From a phage: 64,000 nt of DNA. Under the pieces are notes generated by a model. That model did not search any database. It was not told the origin of the DNA and saw only the letters and a program-made list of their open reading frames with translations. Shown here in pieces: positions 53,552-62,601 of the stretch (positions within the stretch are counted from its first letter, which is position 1; each line of letters begins with the position of its first letter). The stretch is from sequence record PZ019085.1. One strand, 5' to 3'. A program made the translations under genes and the position numbers.

Positions 53552-53555
53552 AATA
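53548..53555 (+). promoter_or_regulatory. Late promoter (TATAAATA) for gene 26, overlapping the divergent gene 51 promoter
   Basis: Exact TATAAATA; composite TATTTATAAATA. Confidence 0.6.
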
Positions 53556-53573
53556 CACAATAAAGGAGTTAAC

Positions 53574-54200
53574 ATGTACAAATATACGTTTACCGTACGT
53601 TTAGGCGATAAAGAAGTGAATTGTAGAGCCTTTACTTTAAAAGAATATTTAGGACTCATAGGTGCGCGGGCTACAGGTACTATTGAATCAGCAGTGAACA
53701 ATATTATCACTAATTGCTCTAACGCTAAAAACTTGACTAAACAAGAAGCCGAGTTATTGTTGGTAAATCTGTGGGCCCATTCATTAGGTGAAGTGAATCA
53801 AGAACACACCTGGAATTGTTCCTGTGGGCATTCATTTCAAGTCTATATGAATTTATTGCACACTCAATTAGATGAACAGGCCGATCCCTGGTATTCGTTC
53901 AGTGGTATTAAAATTAAGTTCCGTCAACCTAAATTATTTGACGATAAAAATATCGCATTAATGATTGCTTCATGTATTGAGGCTGTTTTTGTCAATGGAG
54001 AGTCCATCCCTGTTGAAGATTTAACTGAAGCAGAAATAAACGACCTTTACGGCCTTATAACAGAAGATGACATGATCAATATTAAAAATCTTTTAGTATC
54101 GCCATCAATTTATCTGGCAACCCCTATTAAATGTCCCAAATGTGGGGCGTCACACGTTCACACAATACGAGGCCTCAAAGAATTCTTTGAGTTACTATAA
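53574..54200 (+). CDS. 26: Baseplate hub subunit gp26
   Basis: 208 aa (T4 208); divergent from gene 51. Confidence 0.75.
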   Translation: MYKYTFTVRLGDKEVNCRAFTLKEYLGLIGARATGTIESAVNNIITNCSNAKNLTKQEAELLLVNLWAHSLGEVNQEHTWNCSCGHSFQVYMNLLHTQLDEQADPWYSFSGIKIKFRQPKLFDDKNIALMIASCIEAVFVNGESIPVEDLTEAEINDLYGLITEDDMINIKNLLVSPSIYLATPIKCPKCGASHVHTIRGLKEFFELL

Positions 54201-54598
54201 TGTCTAATATCAATAAACTTTATTCAGATATCGACCCAGAAATGCGTATGGATTGGAACAAGGACGTTGCTCGTTCTGTAGGACTTCGTTCTATTAAAAA
54301 TAGTCTTCTTGGCATAGTGACAACTAGAAAAGGCTCACGCCCCTTCGACCCGGAATTTGGATGCGATTTGGTCGACGAACTTTTCGAGAACATGACACCA
54401 CTTACAGCCGATACGATAGAGCGTAATATCCAGGCAGCTGTTCGTAACTATGAGCCGCGCATCGACAAACTTTCTGTGAGTGTAACGCCAGTATATGACG
54501 ACTATACGGTTATAGTAGAGATTAGATTTTCGGTCGTAGACAACCCTGACGATATTGAACAAATTAAACTTCAGTTGGCGTCAAGCAATAGAGTGTAA
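54200..54598 (+). CDS. 25: Baseplate wedge subunit gp25 (gpW/lysozyme-like fold)
   Basis: 132 aa (T4 132); similarity to T4 gp25. Confidence 0.85.
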   Translation: MSNINKLYSDIDPEMRMDWNKDVARSVGLRSIKNSLLGIVTTRKGSRPFDPEFGCDLVDELFENMTPLTADTIERNIQAAVRNYEPRIDKLSVSVTPVYDDYTVIVEIRFSVVDNPDDIEQIKLQLASSNRV

Positions 54599-54623
54599 TG
54601 CTTCAAGGCAACCTATGTATAAT
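54598..54623 (+). promoter_or_regulatory. MotA-dependent middle promoter upstream of uvsY
   Basis: MotA box ATGCTTCA (TGCTT 54599-54603); TATAAT 54618-54623. Confidence 0.65.
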
Positions 54624-54676
54624 GGTTTTAGGTCCTTCCGATACAGCCGGGAGATTATTAGTTAAGAGAGAACATT

Positions 54677-55090
54677 ATGAAGCTGGAAGATTTACAGGAA
54701 GAGTTAGACGCAGACTTAGCTATTGATATGACAAAGTTGCAATATGAGACGGCGAATAATGTTAAGTTATACAGCAAATGGCTACGTAAGCACTCATTTA
54801 TTCGTAAAGAAATGTTGCGTATAGAGACTCAGAAGAAAACTGCTCTAAAAGCAAGATTAGACTACTACTCGGGACGAGGTGACGGTGATGAATTCAGTAT
54901 GGACCGATATGAGAAATCTGAAATGAAAACTGTCCTGGCTGCAGATAAAGATGTGCTTAAAATAGAGACTACTTTACAATACTGGGGAATTTTACTTGAG
55001 TTCTGTAGTGGTGCACTTGATGCAGTCAAGTCTCGTAGTTTTGCACTTAAACATATTCAAGATATGCGAGAATTTGAAGCGGGGCAATAA
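54677..55090 (+). CDS. uvsY: Recombination mediator UvsY
   Basis: 137 aa; near-identical to T4 UvsY (…ARLDYYSGRGDGDEFSMDRYEKSEMKTVL…). Confidence 0.92.
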   Translation: MKLEDLQEELDADLAIDMTKLQYETANNVKLYSKWLRKHSFIRKEMLRIETQKKTALKARLDYYSGRGDGDEFSMDRYEKSEMKTVLAADKDVLKIETTLQYWGILLEFCSGALDAVKSRSFALKHIQDMREFEAGQ

Positions 55091-55314
55091 TGCGTTATTC
55101 AATTGAAGATGCCTTTAATAATGACGAAGAATTTGAAACCGAAATTAAATTCTTAATGGAAAAGTATCGTCTACGTCGCCAGGATATTCGTATTCTGGCA
55201 GACCACCCTTGTGGTGAAGACGTCCTTTACATTAAAGGGAAGTTTGCCGGGTACATCGACGAGTATTTTTATACAAAAGATATGGGTATCGATATGTGCA
55301 TGCGAGTGGTATAA
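55090..55314 (+). CDS. Hypothetical protein (uvsY.-1 position)
   Basis: 74-aa ORF, coupled to uvsY. Confidence 0.5.
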   Translation: MRYSIEDAFNNDEEFETEIKFLMEKYRLRRQDIRILADHPCGEDVLYIKGKFAGYIDEYFYTKDMGIDMCMRVV

Positions 55315-55346
55315 ATAGATATGTAATTTCAACTTAGGAGGCAATC

Positions 55347-55514
55347 ATGTCAGATAAGATTTGTGTTGTCTGTAAAACTCCAATCGATTCTGCATTGGTT
55401 GTTGAAACAGACAAAGGTCCAGCACATCCTGGGCCTTGTTATAATTATGTCCAACAAATGCCGGTTTCAGAAAGTTCAGAAGAGCAATTGAACGAAACCC
55501 AACTTTTACTATAG
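55347..55514 (+). CDS. Small hypothetical protein (55 aa; uvsY.-2 position)
   Basis: Below ORF cutoff; AGGAGG SD; followed by terminator. Confidence 0.4.
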   Translation: MSDKICVVCKTPIDSALVVETDKGPAHPGPCYNYVQQMPVSESSEEQLNETQLLL

Positions 55515-55539
55515 TGTTACCTTTTTTGCCTATGGTTTT

Positions 55540-55568
55540 GGCCCTTCCAAAAAGGTCGGGCCTTTTTT
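55540..55568 (+). terminator. Terminator after uvsY operon
   Basis: GGCCC…GGGCC stem followed by T6. Confidence 0.6.
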
Positions 55569-55570
55569 AA

Positions 55571-55804
55571 TTAGAAGTCTTCTTCCTCATCCTCATCATC
55601 GTCGCCTTCAAGTTCGGCACGCTTACCTGCTAAGGCATCCCTGACAGAAATATCATCTGTATCTTTTAATTCCGTTTCTTTTATACGTTTCTTATAATAA
55701 GCTTCCAATTCTTCAAGCCCTTCTAAGGTATGACAACTAGCAATTTTACCCATGAATTCGTCAATAGATGCTTCGTATAAAAATTGTTTAAATTCAAGTA
55801 CCAT
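55571..55804 (-). CDS. UvsW.1-like acidic protein
   Basis: 77 aa (T4 UvsW.1 76); acidic C-terminus; immediately downstream of uvsW. Confidence 0.6.
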   Translation of the reverse strand: MVLEFKQFLYEASIDEFMGKIASCHTLEGLEELEAYYKKRIKETELKDTDDISVRDALAGKRAELEGDDDEDEEEDF

Positions 55805-55815
55805 TTTTATCTCCT

Positions 55816-55831
55816 AAGGGCCGAAGCCCTT
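55816..55831 (-). other. Tetraloop hairpin between uvsW and uvsW.1
   Basis: AAGGGC-CGAA-GCCCTT. Confidence 0.35.
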
Positions 55832-57344
55832 ATAAATTAATTGTTTTCATTACATAGTTAAATTTCTCATCAGCGTAACGTTGGATACGATCAATACCGT
55901 GTTTTAACAAGTAATTAAGATGAGTATACTTCTTTTTAGTATTTAATGATTTAGGTTTTACACCTGCGTCATCGATGAGATCCCAAACTGTAGCAACAGC
56001 TTTAGAACCATGCTTACGAAGCACGCGACCTACGGTTTGAAGTACGATAATTTTTGATTTAACACCATGGGCGAAAATAACATGATGAAGATTCTTGACT
56101 GAAATACCAGTAGAGAATACTCCATATGATGCGACAATAATAATGCCTTTACCATTTTCTGCCATGACTTTAAGCGCGTTACGTGTTTCAGTATCAACTT
56201 CACCTGATACGTAATAAACTTTTTCGTATCCAAGCTCTTTAATAGCTTCAAATATTTCTTTACCGTGTGTAACGTGTTTAAACATTACAAAGGCGTTCTC
56301 GTCTTTCTTAGCCAATTTGACTGAAAGTTGAGCAATCCACTTTGTACGTCGTTTTAGTCCGGTAATAATTTTAACTTCTTCTTGGTATGTTTTACCTTTT
56401 AATTTAACGGCGAATTCGTCAGGATAACGAAGGAAAATACTATTAATCTTAAGCTCAGTTACCTGTCCGTCTTCCATTAATTTAGACGTGCTAACAGGAC
56501 GGAAGATTTCACCGAACATACCTACGTACTGCATTACATTGGCTTTTCCGTCTCTTAATGAGCCAGATAAACCGAATTTAAACATGCAATTATTTAATCC
56601 AGATATGATTGAAGAAATACTTTTGCCTGTTGCTAAGTGGCATTCATCGTTCATCATCATACCGAACTGAGAGAACCATTCTTTAGGCTGCTTAACTACC
56701 GTTTGCCAGGTGCCAACAATAATTGGAGCGTCGTTTTTAGCTCTGTCTGCTTTATCAGCACCACCGCCAATTTTCTTAATCATCGAATGACTAAACAAGC
56801 GATAATCAACAAAATCATTGGCCATCTGAGTTGTCAATGCTGTTGTAGGTACGATAATGAGAATTTTACCTTCATAGTTCTCTAGATAATATCGAGCTAA
56901 AAGCGCTTGGATTAGTGATTTACCTGCTGATGTCGGAAGGTTTAAAATTCGACGACGATTAACTAGACCTTCATATACTGCATCTTTTTGATACCAATGT
57001 GGTTCGATTTTGGAGTTGCCTGAATAAATTTCTTGTTTAGAAAGCCATGCGTCAAAATCTTCCCTGGTAAGGTCTTCGGTCTCAAAGATTTTAGGGTCAA
57101 TCCATACAGAATAACTCATATTGTTACAGAACTTTTTTATTTGTCCTACAAGTCCATATGGTAACAAACGGTTGTAATCTAAAAGTCGAATTCTACCATC
57201 CCATTGCCCATAGCGATATTTTGGGTTAAATTTGTACCCGTCGGCTTCAAAGCTAAAAAAGTCACGAAGTTCGTAAAACGTACTTTCGTCGCATTCAATG
57301 CGCACGTGACTAAAATCATAAAAATGTACTTTAATGTCAGTCAT
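55830..57344 (-). CDS. uvsW: UvsW SF2 DNA/RNA helicase
   Basis: 504 aa; Walker A (…PTSAGKS…), DECH box; similarity to T4 UvsW. Confidence 0.9.
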   Translation of the reverse strand: MTDIKVHFYDFSHVRIECDESTFYELRDFFSFEADGYKFNPKYRYGQWDGRIRLLDYNRLLPYGLVGQIKKFCNNMSYSVWIDPKIFETEDLTREDFDAWLSKQEIYSGNSKIEPHWYQKDAVYEGLVNRRRILNLPTSAGKSLIQALLARYYLENYEGKILIIVPTTALTTQMANDFVDYRLFSHSMIKKIGGGADKADRAKNDAPIIVGTWQTVVKQPKEWFSQFGMMMNDECHLATGKSISSIISGLNNCMFKFGLSGSLRDGKANVMQYVGMFGEIFRPVSTSKLMEDGQVTELKINSIFLRYPDEFAVKLKGKTYQEEVKIITGLKRRTKWIAQLSVKLAKKDENAFVMFKHVTHGKEIFEAIKELGYEKVYYVSGEVDTETRNALKVMAENGKGIIIVASYGVFSTGISVKNLHHVIFAHGVKSKIIVLQTVGRVLRKHGSKAVATVWDLIDDAGVKPKSLNTKKKYTHLNYLLKHGIDRIQRYADEKFNYVMKTINL

Positions 57345-57373
57345 GTCAAATTACCATGTAATAAATATAGTTA

Positions 57374-57381
57374 TATTTATA
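57374..57381 (-). promoter_or_regulatory. Late promoter (TATAAATA) for uvsW
   Basis: Reverse complement of TATTTATA; ~30 nt upstream of uvsW start. Confidence 0.6.
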
Positions 57382-57394
57382 ATGAGGAAATATC

Positions 57395-58063
57395 ATGATC
57401 GATAAAGACTATATTGAAGAGTTACGTGCTCTTTCTGATAAAAAGGAAGCCAAAGCTAAACTGTTTGAATACGCGGCACAATTTGGCATTAGTGTTAAGA
57501 AAACAAAATCATTCGATAATATTGTTATTGATATCGAAGAAGCTCTTAACGCACTGGCTGATGAACCATTACCTGAAACTGATGGATTATCTATCACTGA
57601 TTTAATTACTGCCGCAGATGATGTGGACGGTGTTAATTTCACCAACGAAGAAGTTAAAGAAGAAGCTATTCTGTTGTTTGATTCTCCAACAGAACAGGTT
57701 GAAGTATTAGAAGTTGTCGAACAAGAAAAAGAATTCGACCATGATAAATTCGAAGAAGCAATTACTCAGGTTGTTGAATCTGAAAAAGAGCCTGAGACAG
57801 AGGTAAATAAAGAAGTAAAATTTGTTCTGCCTGAAAATTTTAGTCCTACACTCATTAAATTAGGCAAAGCCCCAGGATATGTTACTGTTCCTTGGTGGAT
57901 TTATCAATGGATAGCCGAAACCCCGGATTGGAAATCTCGTCCAACTAGTTTTGTGCATGCTTCTGCTCACCAAACATTATTTAGCTTAATTTATTATATT
58001 AATCGCGATGGATCAGTTCTAATTCGTGAAACTCGTAATTCTTCTTTCGTAACATTAAAATAA
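57395..58063 (+). CDS. inh: Inh-like protein (inhibitor of prohead protease)
   Basis: 222 aa (T4 226); position upstream of hoc. Confidence 0.65.
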   Translation: MIDKDYIEELRALSDKKEAKAKLFEYAAQFGISVKKTKSFDNIVIDIEEALNALADEPLPETDGLSITDLITAADDVDGVNFTNEEVKEEAILLFDSPTEQVEVLEVVEQEKEFDHDKFEEAITQVVESEKEPETEVNKEVKFVLPENFSPTLIKLGKAPGYVTVPWWIYQWIAETPDWKSRPTSFVHASAHQTLFSLIYYINRDGSVLIRETRNSSFVTLK

Positions 58064-58072
58064 GGATAACTT

Positions 58073-59203
58073 ATGGCTTTTACAGTTGATATAACTCCTA
58101 AAACACCTACTGGAGTTATAGATGAGACTAAGCAGTTTACTGCTACTCCCAGTGGTGAAACTGGAGGCGGAACTATTACATATGCTTGGGCTGTAGATGA
58201 TGTTCCACAAGATGGAGCTGAAGCAACTTTTAGTTATGTACTAAAAGGACCTGCAGGTCAAAAGACTATTAAAGTAGTTGCAACAAATACAGTTCCAGAA
58301 GCTGAAGCTGAAACAGCAGAAATTACTACGACTATCACGGTTAAAAATAAAACTCAGACAACTACCTTAGCTGTAACTCCTAATAGCCCTGCTGCTGGAG
58401 TAATTGGAACCCCAGTTCAATTTACTGCCGCCTTAGCTTCTCAACCATCAGGTGCATCTGCTACGTATCAGTGGTATGTAGATGGTTCTCCTGTGAGCGA
58501 AGCAACTAGTGCTACATTCAATTACACTCCTACTACAAGCGGAGTTAAAAAAATCAAGTGTGTAGCGCAAGTAACAGCAACAGATTATGACGCAAAAACA
58601 GTTACTTCTAATGAAGTATCATTGACCGTTAATAAGAAGACAATGAATCCACAGGTTACACTGACTCCTCCTTCTATTAACGTTCAGCAAGATGCTTCGG
58701 CTACATTTACTGCTAATGTTACTGGTGCACCTGACGCAGCACAAATTACTTACTCGTGGAAGAAAGATTCTTCTCCTGTAGAAGGGTCAACTAATGTATA
58801 TACTGTTGATACCTCATCTATTGGAAGTCAAACTATTGAAGTTACTGCAACTATTACTGCAACTGATTACGATAGCAAAACTATTACAGCAGAAGGTCAA
58901 GTCCAGGTAACTGATAAAGTTGCTCCAGAACCAGAAGGTGAACTACCTTATGTTCATCCTCTTCCACATCGTACTTCAGCTTACATCTGGTGCGGATGGT
59001 GGGTTATGGATGAAATCCAAAAAATGACTGAAGAAGGTAAAGATTGGAAAACTGAAGATCCAGATAGTAAATACTACTTGCATCGTTACACTCTTCAGAA
59101 GATGATGAAAGACTATCCGGAAGTTGATGTTCAAGAATCACGTAATGGATACATCATCCATAAAACTGCTTTGGAAACTGGTATCATCTATACATATCCA
59201 TAA
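58073..59203 (+). CDS. hoc: Highly immunogenic outer capsid protein Hoc (Ig-like domains)
   Basis: 376 aa (T4 376); repeated Ig-like segments. Confidence 0.85.
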   Translation: MAFTVDITPKTPTGVIDETKQFTATPSGETGGGTITYAWAVDDVPQDGAEATFSYVLKGPAGQKTIKVVATNTVPEAEAETAEITTTITVKNKTQTTTLAVTPNSPAAGVIGTPVQFTAALASQPSGASATYQWYVDGSPVSEATSATFNYTPTTSGVKKIKCVAQVTATDYDAKTVTSNEVSLTVNKKTMNPQVTLTPPSINVQQDASATFTANVTGAPDAAQITYSWKKDSSPVEGSTNVYTVDTSSIGSQTIEVTATITATDYDSKTITAEGQVQVTDKVAPEPEGELPYVHPLPHRTSAYIWCGWWVMDEIQKMTEEGKDWKTEDPDSKYYLHRYTLQKMMKDYPEVDVQESRNGYIIHKTALETGIIYTYP

Positions 59204-59209
59204 TCGTAA

Positions 59210-59235
59210 GGGGCTTCGGCCCCTTTCTTCGTTTT
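59210..59235 (+). terminator. Intrinsic terminator after hoc (GGGGC-UUCG-GCCCC + T-rich)
   Basis: Stem-loop then TTTCTTCGTTTTT. Confidence 0.75.
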
Positions 59236-59292
59236 TAAAGCATACAAAACACAACTTGAGATTGATGTATATAATGGCACAAACCAAATAAT

Positions 59293-59499
59293 ATGGGATT
59301 GATTATGAGAGCTGAAGTTGAAGTTTATACATTACACGAGGCGGGATTTTCATTCGTAGAAATTGCTCAAAAAATCGGTTTACAACCTAAAGAAGTTGGA
59401 TTACTATGGACTAAAGCCGAGACAGCTCGGTCAAAGTTTAAAGCAAAAGAAAAAGTTGTATACCGTAAACGTTTGATTAACAAAAAGGTGAAGAAATGA
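59293..59499 (+). CDS. Hypothetical protein (24.3 position)
   Basis: 68-aa ORF. Confidence 0.5.
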   Translation: MGLIMRAEVEVYTLHEAGFSFVEIAQKIGLQPKEVGLLWTKAETARSKFKAKEKVVYRKRLINKKVKK

Positions 59500-59747
59500 G
59501 TTTTGCACAGGAATTAAGAGAAAGGGCGCTGGCCACTAAAGCTAATTTGTTGAGTGATTTTATTACTAACTTCTCTGTGATGGCAGAGAAAGCCGCCGAC
59601 AAAGGCCAGACACAATTTACATACTATCCGTCAAAGAATGATTTAACTATCACCGAGCAAATTGGGCAGTGGTTCCGTGATAACGGCTTTCAGTACAAAA
59701 TTAATCACGACCAGCGTGATGGGCATTGGATAGAAATCAAGTTCTAG
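59496..59747 (+). CDS. Hypothetical protein (24.2 position)
   Basis: 83-aa ORF, ATGA-coupled. Confidence 0.5.
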   Translation: MSFAQELRERALATKANLLSDFITNFSVMAEKAADKGQTQFTYYPSKNDLTITEQIGQWFRDNGFQYKINHDQRDGHWIEIKF

Positions 59748-59866
59748 TATGCTTTACATTTTTTGATGGTATAATGAATCTAGGTTCTATCCATTCAAAT
59801 TAAACATTGGGCCAGAGATAGAGTCTCTGCTAATTATTTTGATATTATTATTTATAATGGTGATTT

Positions 59867-60865
59867 ATGTTTAAGAAATACAGCAGTCTTGAAAACCACT
59901 ACAACTCTAAGTTTATTGAAAAACTCTACACTAATGGTTTGACTACCGGTGTTTGGGTAGCACGTGAGAAAATCCATGGGACCAACTTTAGTTTAATTAT
60001 TGAACGTGACAACGTCACATGCGCCAAGCGCACAGGCCCTATTCTTCCAGCAGAAGATTTTTATGGCTATGAAATAGTACTCAAGAAGTATGATAAAGCT
60101 ATTAAAGCCGTTCAGGAATTCATGTACACAGCTCGAGCCGTATCATATCAAGTATTCGGTGAATTCGCTGGTGGTGGAATCCAGAAAGGTGTTGACTACG
60201 GTGAAAAAGATTTTTATGTGTTCGATATCATTATCAATACAGAAAGTGGTGATAATACGTATTTGACTGATTACGAAATGCAAGATTTCTGTAATGAATT
60301 CGGTTTTAAAATGGCACCAATGCTTGGTCGTGGAACATTTGATTCTCTTATCATGATTCCAAACGACCTTGATTCTGTCTTAGCCGCTTATAATGCTACT
60401 GCGTCAGAAGACCTTGTAGAAGCAAATAATTGTGTATTTGATGCTAATGTTATTGGTGATAATACTGCAGAAGGTTATGTTCTGAAGCCCTGTTTCCCTA
60501 AATGGCTGCCAAACGGTACTCGTGTAGCTATTAAGTGCAAGAACTCTAAATTCAGTGAAAAGAAAAAGTCTGATAAGCCTATTAAAACTCAGGTTCCATT
60601 AACCGAAATTGACAAAAACCTGCTTGATGTTCTAGCTTGTTATGTTACATTAAATCGTGTTAATAATGTTATTTCTAAGATTGGGGCCATAACGCCAAAA
60701 GATTTTGGCAAAGTGATGGGATTGACTGTTCAAGATATTCTGGAAGAAACTTCTCGTGAAGGTATTGTATTAACATCATCTGATAATCCGAATCTTGTTA
60801 AGAAAGAATTAGTCCGAATGGTGCAAGATGTTCTGCGTCCTGCATGGATTGAATTAGTATCATAA
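59867..60865 (+). CDS. rnlB: RNA ligase 2
   Basis: 332 aa; near-identical to T4 Rnl2 ([21 protein letters not shown]…; KIHGTN adenylation motif). Confidence 0.92.
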   Translation: MFKKYSSLENHYNSKFIEKLYTNGLTTGVWVAREKIHGTNFSLIIERDNVTCAKRTGPILPAEDFYGYEIVLKKYDKAIKAVQEFMYTARAVSYQVFGEFAGGGIQKGVDYGEKDFYVFDIIINTESGDNTYLTDYEMQDFCNEFGFKMAPMLGRGTFDSLIMIPNDLDSVLAAYNATASEDLVEANNCVFDANVIGDNTAEGYVLKPCFPKWLPNGTRVAIKCKNSKFSEKKKSDKPIKTQVPLTEIDKNLLDVLACYVTLNRVNNVISKIGAITPKDFGKVMGLTVQDILEETSREGIVLTSSDNPNLVKKELVRMVQDVLRPAWIELVS

Positions 60866-60872
60866 CGAAAAA

Positions 60873-60896
60873 GGGACCTTACGGTCCCTTTGTTTT
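60873..60896. terminator. Bidirectional terminator between convergent rnlB and gene 24
   Basis: GGGACC-ttac-GGTCCC flanked by A-run upstream and T-run downstream. Confidence 0.7.
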
Positions 60897-62178
60897 ATTC
60901 ATCAACGATGATTTTTGGCAATTTAACACCGAGTAAAACAGACAAGTCTGAACGTCCCGCCATTTTATCCATGTCCCCGCCATCAATTATTCTCGCTTCT
61001 TTTTCATCTTTTGCTACTGTGTAAGGATTTGCTGATAAAGCATATCTAACCAATAATCCAATAGATGGTTGCAAGCTTTCTGGATCAACTACAACTTTAA
61101 AAGCACCGACGTGTTCTGGGTCATCTAAATCTACTCCTTCAGTGTATGGAGCATAAAAGATGGACCCTACAATTTCTTTTTCGCCGATATTTTCTACAAC
61201 ACCCACAATAACGTAATCTAACGGACTGTTGGTATCGCAATAAAGCGGTAATCCATTTGCCAAGAATCCATAAGCATTTTGTGAAAGATACTTGTCATCT
61301 TCTGGCTTATGTTTTAACCAACCTGATGCAGCAAGAATCGCAGCAGCACGAGCTGAGGCTACACAAAACGTTGCAGTATAAGTTGTCTCTTTTTGAATGT
61401 GTGATACCATTTCACACACCATTCGATATAATGAACGACCTGCTTCTGGAGCGGATGCATAGCTCAAGTCAATAAATCCGGTATCAGTAATTCCAGTAAC
61501 TTTATAACGTTTAGATACAGTAATTAAAGACTGAAGAATATCTTTATTAATTTCATCAGCCATTTCAGTAGCAAGCAAATCTTCTAAGAAGTTAGGGGCA
61601 TCAAATCCATTCGCTTCCAAATCTTGCGCTAATTCAACCGTGAGACCAGTTTTAAGTTTACGAGATTTGACTGAAGTTTGCCATTTATTAATCTGGAATC
61701 TTGCATCAGAAATTTCGCTATCAGAGCTTTCAAATTTGCTTGTTACCGCTGCATCTGAAAATAACCGTACCTTTAAATGAACGACTGCAATCTGAAGAGC
61801 TAATTCTAGATCACTTTCTTGAATATCTGCAAATGGTGTATCTTCTAACACTTTATAGACGATATTATTATATTTGAAAAAATCGCCTTTATTTAGTGTG
61901 ACTTTTGATTCTTCTGTGAGTTCAGTAATTTTTTCTCGGTCTACATATCCAACTTCACCCGCATAAGTAGCACCAGTTTTAAATGTGAATTCGTTATCTG
62001 GGTTAAGATATTTGATACCATAAAAAGCAGCAACAGGCTGATTAGTTCTTTGTGTTGCTACAATGTCAGAATATATTAATTTAGTCGTAGCGCGAGTCAA
62101 AGCAACGAGATTTGGGCGACCAACTGAGTTGCTAGTAGACGTTGTAGATTCACGCAATAATTTTTGGATTTTACTCAT
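60895..62178 (-). CDS. 24: Head vertex protein gp24
   Basis: 427 aa (T4 427); gp23-like fold expected. Confidence 0.85.
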   Translation of the reverse strand: MSKIQKLLRESTTSTSNSVGRPNLVALTRATTKLIYSDIVATQRTNQPVAAFYGIKYLNPDNEFTFKTGATYAGEVGYVDREKITELTEESKVTLNKGDFFKYNNIVYKVLEDTPFADIQESDLELALQIAVVHLKVRLFSDAAVTSKFESSDSEISDARFQINKWQTSVKSRKLKTGLTVELAQDLEANGFDAPNFLEDLLATEMADEINKDILQSLITVSKRYKVTGITDTGFIDLSYASAPEAGRSLYRMVCEMVSHIQKETTYTATFCVASARAAAILAASGWLKHKPEDDKYLSQNAYGFLANGLPLYCDTNSPLDYVIVGVVENIGEKEIVGSIFYAPYTEGVDLDDPEHVGAFKVVVDPESLQPSIGLLVRYALSANPYTVAKDEKEARIIDGGDMDKMAGRSDLSVLLGVKLPKIIVDE

Positions 62179-62205
62179 TGCATTTTTTCCTTATGTGATA
62201 TAGAT

Positions 62206-62213
62206 TATTTATA
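62206..62213 (-). promoter_or_regulatory. Late promoter (TATAAATA) for gene 24
   Basis: Reverse complement of TATTTATA; ~28 nt upstream of gene 24 start. Confidence 0.6.
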
Positions 62214-62219
62214 AAGATT

Positions 62220-62252
62220 GTTTACAACGTATTTGGTATGTGATACTATAGA
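62220..62252 (+). promoter_or_regulatory. T4-type early promoter inside the late gene 24/23 intergenic region
   Basis: GTTTAC 62220-62225; TACTATAGA 62244-62252. Confidence 0.65.
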
Positions 62253-62279
62253 CTTATCAACTACAGAGGAGTAAACAAA

Positions 62280-62549
62280 ATGACTAAAGCACGTTTCTTA
62301 CGAGATACTTTAAAAGTTCTGGAAGCTGAAGCAGTTAAGTTAGTAGAAAAATATGGTGCAAAAGTTAATGGTAATGCCTTCAACAAAGTATGGATGAAAG
62401 TTGATTCTGAAGCTCGAGCTAAAGGTTATTGGGCCACTGATAAACTTGCGTCATTCAAAAACAAAGATGGTTCTCCGGCATATGTCCAAGAAGGTATGCC
62501 TAATTGGCAAAATATTTTGAAAACTTACATTGAAATTGCACAGAAATAA
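62280..62549 (+). CDS. Hypothetical protein, early-promoter driven, between late genes 24 and 23
   Basis: 89-aa ORF after early promoter 62220..62252; flanked by hairpins. Confidence 0.5.
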   Translation: MTKARFLRDTLKVLEAEAVKLVEKYGAKVNGNAFNKVWMKVDSEARAKGYWATDKLASFKNKDGSPAYVQEGMPNWQNILKTYIEIAQK

Positions 62550-62559
62550 AACCAAAAAT

Positions 62560-62577
62560 GGGAGACCGAAGTCTCCC
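62560..62577 (-). terminator. Terminator after gene 23 (also closes + strand ORF 62280..62549)
   Basis: GGGAGAC-CGAA-GTCTCCC; T-run on - strand side. Confidence 0.65.
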
Positions 62578-62601
62578 AAAATAAGATTTAATCAATTAAG
62601 A

